Source: an uncultured Burkholderiales bacterium (lineage in GTDB: Bacteria; Pseudomonadota; Gammaproteobacteria; Burkholderiales; JAEUOS01). From it: 64,000 nucleotides of DNA. This document shows, one piece after another, positions 55,736 through 64,000 of the stretch; within the stretch, counting starts at the first letter, position 1; each line of letters starts with the position of its first letter. The position numbers and the translations under genes were made by a program. Below the pieces are notes generated by a model, which made no database searches, was not told the DNA's origin, and saw nothing but the letters and a program-made list of their open reading frames with translations. The stretch spans positions 8,188-72,187 of the forward strand of contig CAYUEG010000002.1 in the NCBI GenBank assembly GCA_964443245.1. The letters are read 5' to 3'.

Positions 55736-58150
55736 GTGGAGCCGATCGTTCGAACTGCTCCGCCCCGCCGCCGCCGGTACTGGTCCCGGGACGCCGTTGC
55801 CGCTTCCGGCGGCATCTGGTCGGCGTTTGATGAGATGCCGATCGGCGTGCTGCGCATCAATGCACAAGGCGCGGCCAGCTACTGGAACCGTGCGCTCTCC
55901 CGTTTGCTGGAACTGGACCGGACCGGTCAGGACGCCCACCTGGCGCCGGATGCGTGCGCCACGCGCGGTCTGCGCGGGCTCGTCGCCGCCTGTCTGAAGC
56001 AGGTCGGGGTGGAAGGGCTGCCGGCGCCGGAATTCGAGATCCTGAACGAGGGTGGTGCGGTGCGTTACTTGCGCGCCTCCCCCTTCCTGGTGGAAAGCGA
56101 ACTGGAGGAAGGGGCGTTCTGGTTTACGGTCGAGGACGCCGGCCGGACAAGAAGGTTGATGAACCTTCTGGCACAGAGCGAGGCCGACTCTCGCCTTCTG
56201 TCCGCGGTGGCCGGACATACGCAGAACATGGTACTCATTCTGGGCCGGAACGGCGAGATTGAATGGGTCAGCAAGACGTTCGAGCAATTCAGTGGCTACG
56301 CGCTTGCCGAACTGAAGGGGCAAAGGCGCGACCGGTTGTTCACCGGTGCCGATACCGATCCGACGGCGCTGCAGCGGATTGGGGCCAGCCTGGCCACCCA
56401 TGCGCCGTTTACCGAGGAACTGCTGAGCTACAAAAAGTCGGGCGAAGCGTACTGGTCATCGATCGAGGCCTCTCCGGCCTTTGACATGGACGGCAATCCC
56501 GACCGCTTTGTACTGATTGAGCGTGATGTCACCGATCGCCGACGTGCCGTCGAAGCCTTGCGCGCCAGTGAAAGACGGTACCGGATGATCGTCAGCAGTG
56601 TCCGGGACGTGATCTTTCAGATCGATGGCGACGGGTGCTGGACCTTCCTCAGCCCCGCCTGGGAGCACCTGACCGGCTTCGCCGTGGAGCAATCCCTTGG
56701 ACGTGCCTTGTGGGACGACCTTGATGCAGCCGACAAATGGCGCGCAGAAGTGGTGGTGCAGCAATTGCTGCATGCGCCGGATACCGTGGATGAGGGCATC
56801 TTCCGGGTGACCTGCAGGAACGGCGAACAGAAGTCGTTCGAATGGCGCATGCGCAGTGCGGCTGCGGAAAATGGCCTCGTGAGCTGTACCGGCACACTGC
56901 ACGATGTCACGGATACGCAGCGGGCAGGTGAGGCCGTACGGCGCGTGGAACAGGAGCTTCTACGGCTCCAGGCACGTTATCAGGCAGCTGTCGAAGGGGC
57001 CAACGACGGCCTCTGGGAGCGGGACCTCGCCAGCGGGGTAGGCTATTACTCTGCACGGATGTGCCAGCTTCTGGGATTGCGTCCCAAGGAGCTGGTTCAG
57101 GAGACGGATGTCATCCTGATGTGTCTTCACCCGCAGGACGTGAACGCCTACCAGGAGGCTTTGGCACAAATGCGCCTCTCGCGGCGGGCCGAACCGCGCG
57201 ATCTGCGCATTGTCATGCCAAAGGGGGCAGTGCAGTGGATTCGCCTCCGGGGAGGTGCCGTGTTCGATGCCGATGGCGTGCTCGAGCGAATCACGGGAAC
57301 CGCCACCGATATCTCTGCGGAGAAGGAAGTGGAACACGAGCTCGACGGGTACCGGCAGCACCTTGAAGAGATGGTTGCCGAACGCACCGAGGCTGCCGAC
57401 AACGCCAGAAGACAAGCCGAGCAGGCGAGCCAGGCCAAGAGCGAGTTTCTGGCCAACATGTCCCATGAGTTGCGCACGCCGATGCACGCAATTCTCAGTT
57501 TTGCCGATTTTGGCGCCGAAAAAACGGCTGTGGGCAATCATTCGCGTTCGAATCACTACTTTGCCACGATTCGCAAGAGCGGCAAGCGTTTGATGGATCT
57601 GCTCAATGACCTGCTTGATCTGTCCAAGCTGGAAGCCGGAAAAATGGAGCTGCGGGTCAGTTCGGTGGATTTGCGCGAAACCCTGGCCGAAGCGCTGGCC
57701 GAAGCCGAGGCCATGGCGCGTGTCAAGGGCATCCGCCTGATACTGTCGGGCACGGAACAAGCGCAGGTGGTCGAGGCAGATGCGCCGCGCATGTTGCAGG
57801 TTTTTCGCAATCTTTTGTCCAATGCCATCAAGTTCAGCCCGCCTGATGCCGTAGTCGAAGTAACGCTTGAAGGCAATGTCTCCCCGCCGAACTGGGCGGA
57901 GATACGTTTTACCGACAGCGGGGTCGGCATTCCCGAAGACGAACTGGAAGCCGTATTTGACAAGTTTGTGCAGTCAACCAAGACCAAGAGCGGTGCAGGC
58001 GGCACTGGCCTGGGCCTGGCGATTTGCCGGCAACTGCTGGCTGCGCATGGCGGCACCATCCACGCAGTGAATCGGGATGCGCCGCATAGCGGTTGCTCCT
58101 TCGTGGTGCGCATGCCGCGTTCTTCAGGTGGTCCGGCCGTGAACGACTGA
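55736..58150 (+). CDS. Cytoplasmic multi-PAS sensor histidine kinase
   Basis: At least three PAS-like blocks, then HisKA FLANMSHELRTPMHAI and HATPase (NLLSNAIKFSP, DSGVGIP, GTGLGLAICRQL). Start GTG 55736 is preceded by GAGG; ATG 55835 is an alternative. Confidence 0.85.
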   Translation: MEPIVRTAPPRRRRYWSRDAVAASGGIWSAFDEMPIGVLRINAQGAASYWNRALSRLLELDRTGQDAHLAPDACATRGLRGLVAACLKQVGVEGLPAPEFEILNEGGAVRYLRASPFLVESELEEGAFWFTVEDAGRTRRLMNLLAQSEADSRLLSAVAGHTQNMVLILGRNGEIEWVSKTFEQFSGYALAELKGQRRDRLFTGADTDPTALQRIGASLATHAPFTEELLSYKKSGEAYWSSIEASPAFDMDGNPDRFVLIERDVTDRRRAVEALRASERRYRMIVSSVRDVIFQIDGDGCWTFLSPAWEHLTGFAVEQSLGRALWDDLDAADKWRAEVVVQQLLHAPDTVDEGIFRVTCRNGEQKSFEWRMRSAAAENGLVSCTGTLHDVTDTQRAGEAVRRVEQELLRLQARYQAAVEGANDGLWERDLASGVGYYSARMCQLLGLRPKELVQETDVILMCLHPQDVNAYQEALAQMRLSRRAEPRDLRIVMPKGAVQWIRLRGGAVFDADGVLERITGTATDISAEKEVEHELDGYRQHLEEMVAERTEAADNARRQAEQASQAKSEFLANMSHELRTPMHAILSFADFGAEKTAVGNHSRSNHYFATIRKSGKRLMDLLNDLLDLSKLEAGKMELRVSSVDLRETLAEALAEAEAMARVKGIRLILSGTEQAQVVEADAPRMLQVFRNLLSNAIKFSPPDAVVEVTLEGNVSPPNWAEIRFTDSGVGIPEDELEAVFDKFVQSTKTKSGAGGTGLGLAICRQLLAAHGGTIHAVNRDAPHSGCSFVVRMPRSSGGPAVND

Positions 58151-58169
58151 TTGGGAAGCAAAAATTGAA

Positions 58170-59102
58170 ATGGCACATCCAGAAGCACCCCCTGTTGACC
58201 AGAGCCATGCGGAAAGTGCCAGGCGCAAACTTCTGGTGGTCGATGACGAACCTCTGAACATCGAGATCATCTGCGAGCATCTGGAGGGATTGGCCATCGA
58301 TCTGGAAACCGCGGCCGATGGCGTGGCCGCCTGGAACATGCTCGATGCAGATCCGGAAGGCTTCGATGCCGTCCTGCTGGACCGGATGATGCCCGGAATG
58401 AGCGGGATCGAGGTACTGGAACGGATTCGCGCCGATCAACGTCTGCGCCACCTGCCGGTCATCCTGCAGACGGCGGCGGCCGGCCGCGAGCAAGTGCTCG
58501 AGGGCCTGCGTAGTGGTGCCTATTACTATCTGACCAAACCGTTCGAGCGCGACATGCTGCTGTCGGTCGTGCGCGGGGCGCTTGAGCAGAGCGCGCGCCG
58601 GCAGGATTTGCTGATCGACATCGTGGCAAGCAAGGCGGCGATGGAGGGGTTGCAGCAGGCCTGTTTCGAGTTCCGCACGCCCGCCCAGGTACGGGCCATT
58701 GCCGCTTTGCTTGCCAAGGTGGCACCGGTGCCGGAAATGGCGGTGATCGGGTTGAGCGAACTGATGCTCAATGCCGTGGAGCACGGCAATCTGGAAATTT
58801 CGTATGAAGAAAAGTCAGCGCTGTTGCAGGAGGGCCGATGGGAACAGGAAATCGCTGCCCGTCTGGCTGATCCGCGCAGGGGTTCGCGCAGTGCACAGGT
58901 AAGCGTGACGCGCAAGGCCGACGAGATCGTCTTTGAAATCGAGGATGAGGGTGCCGGCTTTGACTGGAGCAGGTTTCTTGAACTGAGTGCAGAGCGGGCA
59001 TTCGACAGCCACGGTCGCGGCATCTCGATGGCGCGCAGCCTGAGCTTTTCGGCGCTGCAGTATCAGGGCTGCGGCAACCGCGTCAGGGCGGTGATCGCGT
59101 AA
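58170..59102 (+). CDS. Receiver fused to an RsbW/SpoIIAB-like serine kinase (HATPase_c_2-type) domain
   Basis: REC (LLVVDDEPLN, VLLDRMMPGMSG, ILQTAA, YLTKPF). The C-terminal part has the N-box ELMLNAVEHGN, G1 DEGAGFD and G2 GRGISMAR, and no HisKA/H-box. Confidence 0.8.
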   Translation: MAHPEAPPVDQSHAESARRKLLVVDDEPLNIEIICEHLEGLAIDLETAADGVAAWNMLDADPEGFDAVLLDRMMPGMSGIEVLERIRADQRLRHLPVILQTAAAGREQVLEGLRSGAYYYLTKPFERDMLLSVVRGALEQSARRQDLLIDIVASKAAMEGLQQACFEFRTPAQVRAIAALLAKVAPVPEMAVIGLSELMLNAVEHGNLEISYEEKSALLQEGRWEQEIAARLADPRRGSRSAQVSVTRKADEIVFEIEDEGAGFDWSRFLELSAERAFDSHGRGISMARSLSFSALQYQGCGNRVRAVIA

Positions 59103-59130
59103 CGCGACCCGGGTGGCGTGCCTGTCCGCC

Positions 59131-59763
59131 TTACTCAACCAGCTTGTGCTTGAGTGCGTAGTGGGTGACTTCAGCGTTGTTCTTCATGTGCATTTTCTCC
59201 AGGATGCGGGCGCGATAGACGCTGACTGTCTTCGGGCTGAGCGACAACAGCTCGGCAATCTGGGATAGCTGCTTGCCCGATGCAATCAGGCACATGGTCT
59301 GGTACTCGCGATCCGACAGGGATTCATGCGGAGGGGCATCGGATTCATCGACCAGATGGGTTGCCAGCGTTTCAGCCAGGCTGGGCGTGATGTAGCGCTT
59401 GCCGCGTGCCACCGTATGGATGGCTTCCAGCAGGCGTTCCGGCGCATGATCCTTGGTCAGGTAGCCTGAGGCGCCGGCCTTGAGCGCACGCAGGGCATAT
59501 TGATCTTCCGGGTACATGGACAGGATCAATACCTGCATCTTCGGGTAGGTTTCCTTGACGATCTTCAGGATTTCGATGCCGTTCTTGCCCGGCATGCCGA
59601 TGTCAAGCAGCAGGACGTCGCACGCGGCGCCACGCAACAGGCGCATCAGCTCACTGTATTCGCTGGCCTCCCCGGTGATTTCGATGGTCGGACTGTCGTC
59701 GGCGATCAGGCGCATGCCCTTGCGTACGATCGCGTGGTCATCGGCAATGACAACCTTGATCAT
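59131..59763 (-). CDS. NarL/FixJ-family response regulator (REC + LuxR HTH)
   Basis: VVIADDHAIVRKG, VLLLDIGMPGKNG, ILSMY, YLTKD. HTH: LSDREYQTMCLIASGKQLSQIAELLSLSPKTVSVYRARILEKM. Confidence 0.92.
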   Translation of the reverse strand: MIKVVIADDHAIVRKGMRLIADDSPTIEITGEASEYSELMRLLRGAACDVLLLDIGMPGKNGIEILKIVKETYPKMQVLILSMYPEDQYALRALKAGASGYLTKDHAPERLLEAIHTVARGKRYITPSLAETLATHLVDESDAPPHESLSDREYQTMCLIASGKQLSQIAELLSLSPKTVSVYRARILEKMHMKNNAEVTHYALKHKLVE

Positions 59764-61688
59764 GCTGCCGCCTTTCTTGAGCTGCCGGTCTTGCGCGGCA
59801 ACGACACCATCACCGTGGTGCCGTCGCCCCCCGTGCCGCTGATCTCGACCCAGCCGTCAAGCGCGCGGGCCCGTTCCATCATGCCCTTGATGCCGAACGA
59901 GGTTTCCTTGTTGAGGTCATCGACTGCCATGCCGACGCCATTGTCGCGTATCTCCAGCGTGATGTTGCTGGCGGTGGCGAACAGGTGCGATTCGACTTTG
60001 CTGGCATGGGCGTACTTGTAGATGTTGGTCAAGGCTTCCTGGAAAATCCGGAACAGGGTGGTCGAGTGATCGATGTCGAGCTTGATCTCGTCCTCGTTGC
60101 TGTCGAACGACACCGGGATGCCCATGCGCTGGCTGAAATCCTTGGCTTGCCAGTCCAGTGCCGGAACGATGCCATCGTCCAGGATGCCGGGCCGGAGCGA
60201 ACGGATGATGCGATTGGCTGTGCCCACTGCGCCATCGACCAGCTGTTGCATGTCGTCGAGTTTGGCGGAGGCCATCTCGTCGTTGGCCAGCCGCTTGCGC
60301 AGCCAGGCAGCGTCGGCCTTCAGGCCGGCCAGAATGCTGCCGATGTCGTCGTGAATCTCGCGTGACACGGCCATCCGTTCCTGCTCCTTGAGCGATTCCA
60401 TGTGTGCGCTCAGTCGCCGCAATTCCTCGCGCGAGCGGGTGAGTTCGATCTCGGCAAGCTTCTGGGCGGAGACGTCGGTGATCACGCCGTCAAATACATG
60501 ATTGCCGGCGTCTCCCGGGGTGACCGAAGCCGAGAGGTGGATCCACTTGGTGCTCTGGTCGGCGATGGTGACCTGCCATTGGCCCTGCAACGGCTTTCCG
60601 CTGCGCAGTGCAGCACTGACGGCGCTGCGAATCTCCTCCTGTCCCGGTGCATCAAACAGCTGCATGAAGCGGGCAGGGTCCTGAATGAATACCTCGGGCA
60701 GCACGCCGAACAATGCCTGGCAGCCGGCGCTGACATAAGTGATGCGGGCAGCGCCAAGGTCGGGCCGGAATTGCATGCGAAACAGCACGCCGGGAAGATT
60801 CGCCGAGATCGCCGCAACGTGAGACTCGCTTTCCCTTCTGGCGGCCTCGGCTTGTCGCTGGCTGGTGATGTCGGCCGCGAAGACGACCGTGCCGCCACCG
60901 CGCGAAGCCGGCAGGGGCGCCGCCGACACCAGCAATGCCGATTCCGTGCCGTCGTTCTGGCGCCAGGTAGCGGCAATGTTCTGCACCGGCTGGTGCGAGG
61001 CCACTGCACTGAAAGCCTGGTCCAGTACCTGCTGGTTGGCCGGGATGCGGTGCTCTGCCAGCCGGCCCAGTTCCAGCCCCGAGCCGGGAAACAGGACGTC
61101 CACTGCCGGATTCAGGAGGGTCACCCGGCGCTCGGCGTCAAAGGCAATCACGGCGACCGGCGAGTTGATCACCAGCGTGCGCAGGTAATCCTCCGACGCT
61201 TGCAGGCCGGCCAGGGCGCTCAGGCGGCTGCGGCGTACGGTGGCTTCCTTGATGGCGCGCTCGATGGCCGTCGGCAACCTTCCCAGATTGTGCTTCATGA
61301 CATAGTCGTCAGCACCCTCGCGCATGGCTTCCACCGCCATGTCCTCGCCGACCGCCCCCGAAACAATCAGGAAAGGCATTTCCGCATCGTGCGCCTTGGC
61401 AATCGAAAGCGCCGCGCTGGCGGAGAAGCGCGGCATGCGGAAATCCGAGATGACAATGTCCCACTGGGCACCGGCCAGGGCTGCCCGCATGTCGGCCTCG
61501 TTGTCAACGCGCTGGATTTGCGGATCGACGGCGAACTGCGCCCTGCGCAGCGCGTGCCGGATCAGGGCGAAGTCGGTCTCCGAATCGTCCACCACCAGAA
61601 TGCGGATCGGATGTTCGGGCAGTGCTGGCGGTGAAATGGCGCGCTGCTGCCAGTCGGCAAGGTGATCGGTGGCCGGAAACGTAGTCAA
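59760..61688 (-). CDS. REC-PAS-PAS-HisKA_3-HATPase sensor kinase (NarX/DegS-type core)
   Basis: N-terminal REC (ILVVDDSETD, IVISDFRMPRFS, YVMKH) and two PAS-like blocks. H-box REIHDDIGSILAGLK, then HATPase (QEALTNIYKYA, DNGVGM). A 4-nt overlap with the NarL-type regulator. TTG start, uncertain. Confidence 0.88.
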   Translation of the reverse strand: MTTFPATDHLADWQQRAISPPALPEHPIRILVVDDSETDFALIRHALRRAQFAVDPQIQRVDNEADMRAALAGAQWDIVISDFRMPRFSASAALSIAKAHDAEMPFLIVSGAVGEDMAVEAMREGADDYVMKHNLGRLPTAIERAIKEATVRRSRLSALAGLQASEDYLRTLVINSPVAVIAFDAERRVTLLNPAVDVLFPGSGLELGRLAEHRIPANQQVLDQAFSAVASHQPVQNIAATWRQNDGTESALLVSAAPLPASRGGGTVVFAADITSQRQAEAARRESESHVAAISANLPGVLFRMQFRPDLGAARITYVSAGCQALFGVLPEVFIQDPARFMQLFDAPGQEEIRSAVSAALRSGKPLQGQWQVTIADQSTKWIHLSASVTPGDAGNHVFDGVITDVSAQKLAEIELTRSREELRRLSAHMESLKEQERMAVSREIHDDIGSILAGLKADAAWLRKRLANDEMASAKLDDMQQLVDGAVGTANRIIRSLRPGILDDGIVPALDWQAKDFSQRMGIPVSFDSNEDEIKLDIDHSTTLFRIFQEALTNIYKYAHASKVESHLFATASNITLEIRDNGVGMAVDDLNKETSFGIKGMMERARALDGWVEISGTGGDGTTVMVSLPRKTGSSRKAAA

Positions 61689-61904
61689 GTGTGGAAATTG
61701 GAAGACAGAAGGTGGATCGGACCGCTAATCACCGGAACACTGCGCCGGCACATTGCCTAGACTCTATTGTACAAATCCGGCCCGGTCCCGGCGGCGAGCG
61801 TGTTGCGTTCAGGAAAGGCAGCCAGTTGCCGTAATGGGACTGCAAGGGCGGGTGATGCTGGGTTGCCCCAATGGCAGGCATGGGCCTGCTTACCAACGGA
61901 GAAG

Positions 61905-62213
61905 ATGATGCGATACGAGTTAGCGCGGCACGAAAATCAGGCCAAACTTTTCCTGAATGGCCGCTTCGACTATTCCTGTCACCGGGAACTGCGCAAGGCC
62001 TTTGACGACGCCTGCGCCCCGGAGAGCACGCACGAGCTGGTGATCGACATGCAGGGCGTTGACTACATGGACAGCTCGGCGCTGGGCATGTTGTCGCTGC
62101 TGCGCGACCGCTGCCGGGCCAACAACAAGAAACTGATCCTGGCGAACTGCCGTGCCCAGGTGATGCAGATCCTGAAAGTCACCAATTTCGACAAGCTGTT
62201 CACGGTGCAGTAA
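61905..62213 (+). CDS. STAS-domain anti-sigma-factor antagonist-like protein
   Basis: 102 aa from ATG 61905, preceded by GGAGAAG. VIDMQGVDYMDSSALGMLSLL carries the conserved phosphorylatable Ser of SpoIIAA/RsbV-type proteins. Confidence 0.8.
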   Translation: MMRYELARHENQAKLFLNGRFDYSCHRELRKAFDDACAPESTHELVIDMQGVDYMDSSALGMLSLLRDRCRANNKKLILANCRAQVMQILKVTNFDKLFTVQ

Positions 62214-62223
62214 AGCCGGGCCG

Positions 62224-63420
62224 GTGGCACCGATACGGATTATCCAGTTCGGCCGGGCGGCGGCCTGGCCGGAGGCCCTGCGCAGCATTGTGGCCTCCTC
62301 CGAGTCGCTGGTGATTGACGAAGGGAGCTTCGAAGCGTCGATTGGCGTCATGGGGGATCTGGTCAGGTCGTTCCGGCCGGACCTCATTCTTACCCCCAGT
62401 TGTGGTGATGGCAGCCGCTTGCGGCAGATCGTGGAGCGAGTCCGTCATGCCGAGTCGCGCTGGTGGACCCACGTCTGGTGCGTCAATGGCCAGGCCGAAG
62501 ACCTGATGGCCGGGGTCGACGGGTTGATCCCCGCCGACGCGGCGGCCGACTGGATTGCCGGCCGTTTCGACATGCTGGGCAAATTCATCTCGCTGCAACG
62601 CCAGACCCGCTCTGAACTGGAGCAACTGCATTTGCGTCTGAATGAGCATTTGCTGGAAATGCGCTCCGCTGCATCCATGATGCGCAAACTGATCGAGATG
62701 CCGGCCAACACCGTCTTGTCCGGTTACGTCTGGAATGCGCCGGCATCCAGTTTCAGCGGCGACCTTCTGTACGGTATCGAGTGCCAGGACGGTGCGCTTG
62801 AGGTGATCCTTGCTGATGGCGTCGGGCATGGGCTGGCCGCTGCGCTCAATGTCCTGCCGATCATTCCGCCGTTTGAGCGGCGCATTCGCCACAGCCGGCC
62901 TCTCGGCCAGGCCGTAGTCGATCTGGACAAGGCGGTTCGCGCCTACCTGCCGGCCTACCGTTTCATTGCCGCCACGATCGTGCGCGTGGATCCGTCCAAA
63001 CGCCGCTTGCAGGTATGGAATGGGGGCAATCCGGATGCGCTGTTGTTCGACGACAAGGCGCGCCTGATACACCGCTTTGCCAGCCGCCACCTGCCGCTGG
63101 GGGTGGCTCCCGACCTGGGGCTGGATACCTCTATCGAGTCAGTCCATTTTCACGATGGCCATCACCTGCTGCTGTGTTCGGATGGCATCCTGGAGGCGAC
63201 CAATGCCCATGGCGAAATGTTCGGCGAGGCGCGCCTCCTTGACGCGATCGCCGGGTGCGAGCCGCCACAATGGGTCATGGCAATCAAGGATGCAGTGGTG
63301 AACCATCTCCAGGGCGAATCGGCCCATGATGACCTGACCGTTGTGGTTCTGGATGTCGATCAAGTGACCGAGCGTGCACAGGCCAGCATGGCCGTCAACT
63401 TTGGTGTGCGGGCGGATTGA
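62224..63420 (+). CDS. PP2C (SpoIIE/RsbU-type) serine phosphatase with a degenerate N-terminal receiver-like domain
   Basis: PP2C motifs FSGDLLYG, ILADGVGHGLAAAL, LLLCSDGILEA and HDDLTVVVLDV. The N-terminal roughly 120 aa resembles REC, but PDLILTPSCGDG puts Thr where the Asp should be. GTG start 10 nt after the STAS stop. Confidence 0.85.
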   Translation: MAPIRIIQFGRAAAWPEALRSIVASSESLVIDEGSFEASIGVMGDLVRSFRPDLILTPSCGDGSRLRQIVERVRHAESRWWTHVWCVNGQAEDLMAGVDGLIPADAAADWIAGRFDMLGKFISLQRQTRSELEQLHLRLNEHLLEMRSAASMMRKLIEMPANTVLSGYVWNAPASSFSGDLLYGIECQDGALEVILADGVGHGLAAALNVLPIIPPFERRIRHSRPLGQAVVDLDKAVRAYLPAYRFIAATIVRVDPSKRRLQVWNGGNPDALLFDDKARLIHRFASRHLPLGVAPDLGLDTSIESVHFHDGHHLLLCSDGILEATNAHGEMFGEARLLDAIAGCEPPQWVMAIKDAVVNHLQGESAHDDLTVVVLDVDQVTERAQASMAVNFGVRAD

Positions 63421-63513
63421 CGTCGCGGTTGCGCACCGCAATCGCAGGGTGCCGTCGCCACGGCCACAGACCACCGACCGGTGAAAGCGGCAGGCAGCCT
63501 CGTGGGCCAGGGT

Positions 63514-64000
63514 TCAGACGCGGATGGCGCGTCCTTCCGTTCCGGAGCAGTGGGCCAGCAGGCTGGCGGCGATCCCGGAAAGCGGCAACACCTCGTGCAC
63601 GGCACCGGCCGCAATCGCCTCACGTGGCATGCCGAATACCACGCAGGAGGCCTCGTCCTGGGCAATGTTGTAGGCGCCCGCTTCGCGCATCTGCAACATG
63701 CCCTGAGCGCCGTCCTTGCCCATGCCAGTCAGCATCGCCGCCACGGCGGACTTGCCGGCATGTTGTGCGGCGGAGCGGAACAGCACCTCGACCGATGGTC
63801 GATGGCGGTTGACCGGGGGATCGTCCGACAGCGCAGTGACATAGTTGGCGCCGCTTTTCTGCAGGGCCAGATGCCGGTTTCCGGGGGCGATATAGGCGTG
63901 CCCAGGCAACACGCGCTCACCGTGCTCGGCCTCCTTCACACTGATCTGGCACAAGCGGTCGAGGCGCTCGGCGAAGCTGCGGGTGAAGCCCGCAGGCATG
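63514..64000 (-). CDS. cheB: Chemotaxis methylesterase CheB, C-terminal catalytic part (gene runs off the right edge)
   Basis: [40 protein letters not shown] and [16 protein letters not shown] are CheB methylesterase blocks. The ORF is open at the window end. Confidence 0.9.
   Translation of the reverse strand, partial: MPAGFTRSFAERLDRLCQISVKEAEHGERVLPGHAYIAPGNRHLALQKSGANYVTALSDDPPVNRHRPSVEVLFRSAAQHAGKSAVAAMLTGMGKDGAQGMLQMREAGAYNIAQDEASCVVFGMPREAIAAGAVHEVLPLSGIAASLLAHCSGTEGRAIRV

Noticed and set aside
1-64000. Search by eye for CRISPR arrays, IS or transposase genes, integrases, tRNA or rRNA genes, toxin-antitoxin or phage-defence cassettes.
   Set aside because: - No spaced direct repeats, terminal inverted repeats, transposase/integrase-like translations or structured RNA genes were seen.
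- Every intergenic gap longer than 150 nt is accounted for by divergent or convergent flagellar promoters and terminators.

Overview
The window is almost entirely a GC-rich, betaproteobacterial-type flagellar and chemotaxis super-locus, and nearly every base is accounted for. Order of genes (strand in brackets):
- fliRQPONMLKJIHGF (-)
- fliE (+)
- A late operon (-): fliC, then fliD-fliS-fliT, a second FliK-like gene, a free-standing FlhB-C-terminal-like gene, and a YcgR-type PilZ brake.
- The master operon flhDC, followed by motAB-cheV-cheY-cheZ-cheA-mcp (+).
- flhBAFG-fliA (+)
- A PAS/GAF histidine kinase with two orphan receivers.
- flgN-flgM and flgA (-)
- flgBCDEFGHIJKL (+)
- A signalling island of about 13 kb (50.1-63.4 kb).
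- The 3' part of cheB (-).

The signalling island holds five canonical receiver domains plus two degenerate ones, two histidine kinases, an HPt protein, two GGDEF proteins (one also EAL), a NarL-type regulator and a three-protein partner-switching set (STAS, REC-fused RsbW-like kinase, PP2C phosphatase).

I saw no rRNA, tRNA, CRISPR array, IS element or prophage.

The many long ORFs antisense to these genes are high-GC shadow ORFs.

The most interesting items are:
1. The partner-switching and c-di-GMP island. It looks like a disassembled version of the Pseudomonas HptB/HsbR/HsbA/HsbD network and has no sigma or anti-sigma factor in cis.
2. The translationally coupled FliK-like + FlhB_CC-like + YcgR trio in the late flagellar operon.
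3. An FlhG that keeps the FlhF-activating DQAxxLR helix but has lost all ATPase motifs.
4. An MCP with an uncharacterised sensor-like domain C-terminal to the signalling domain.

All functional calls rest on reading the translations. No database search was run.
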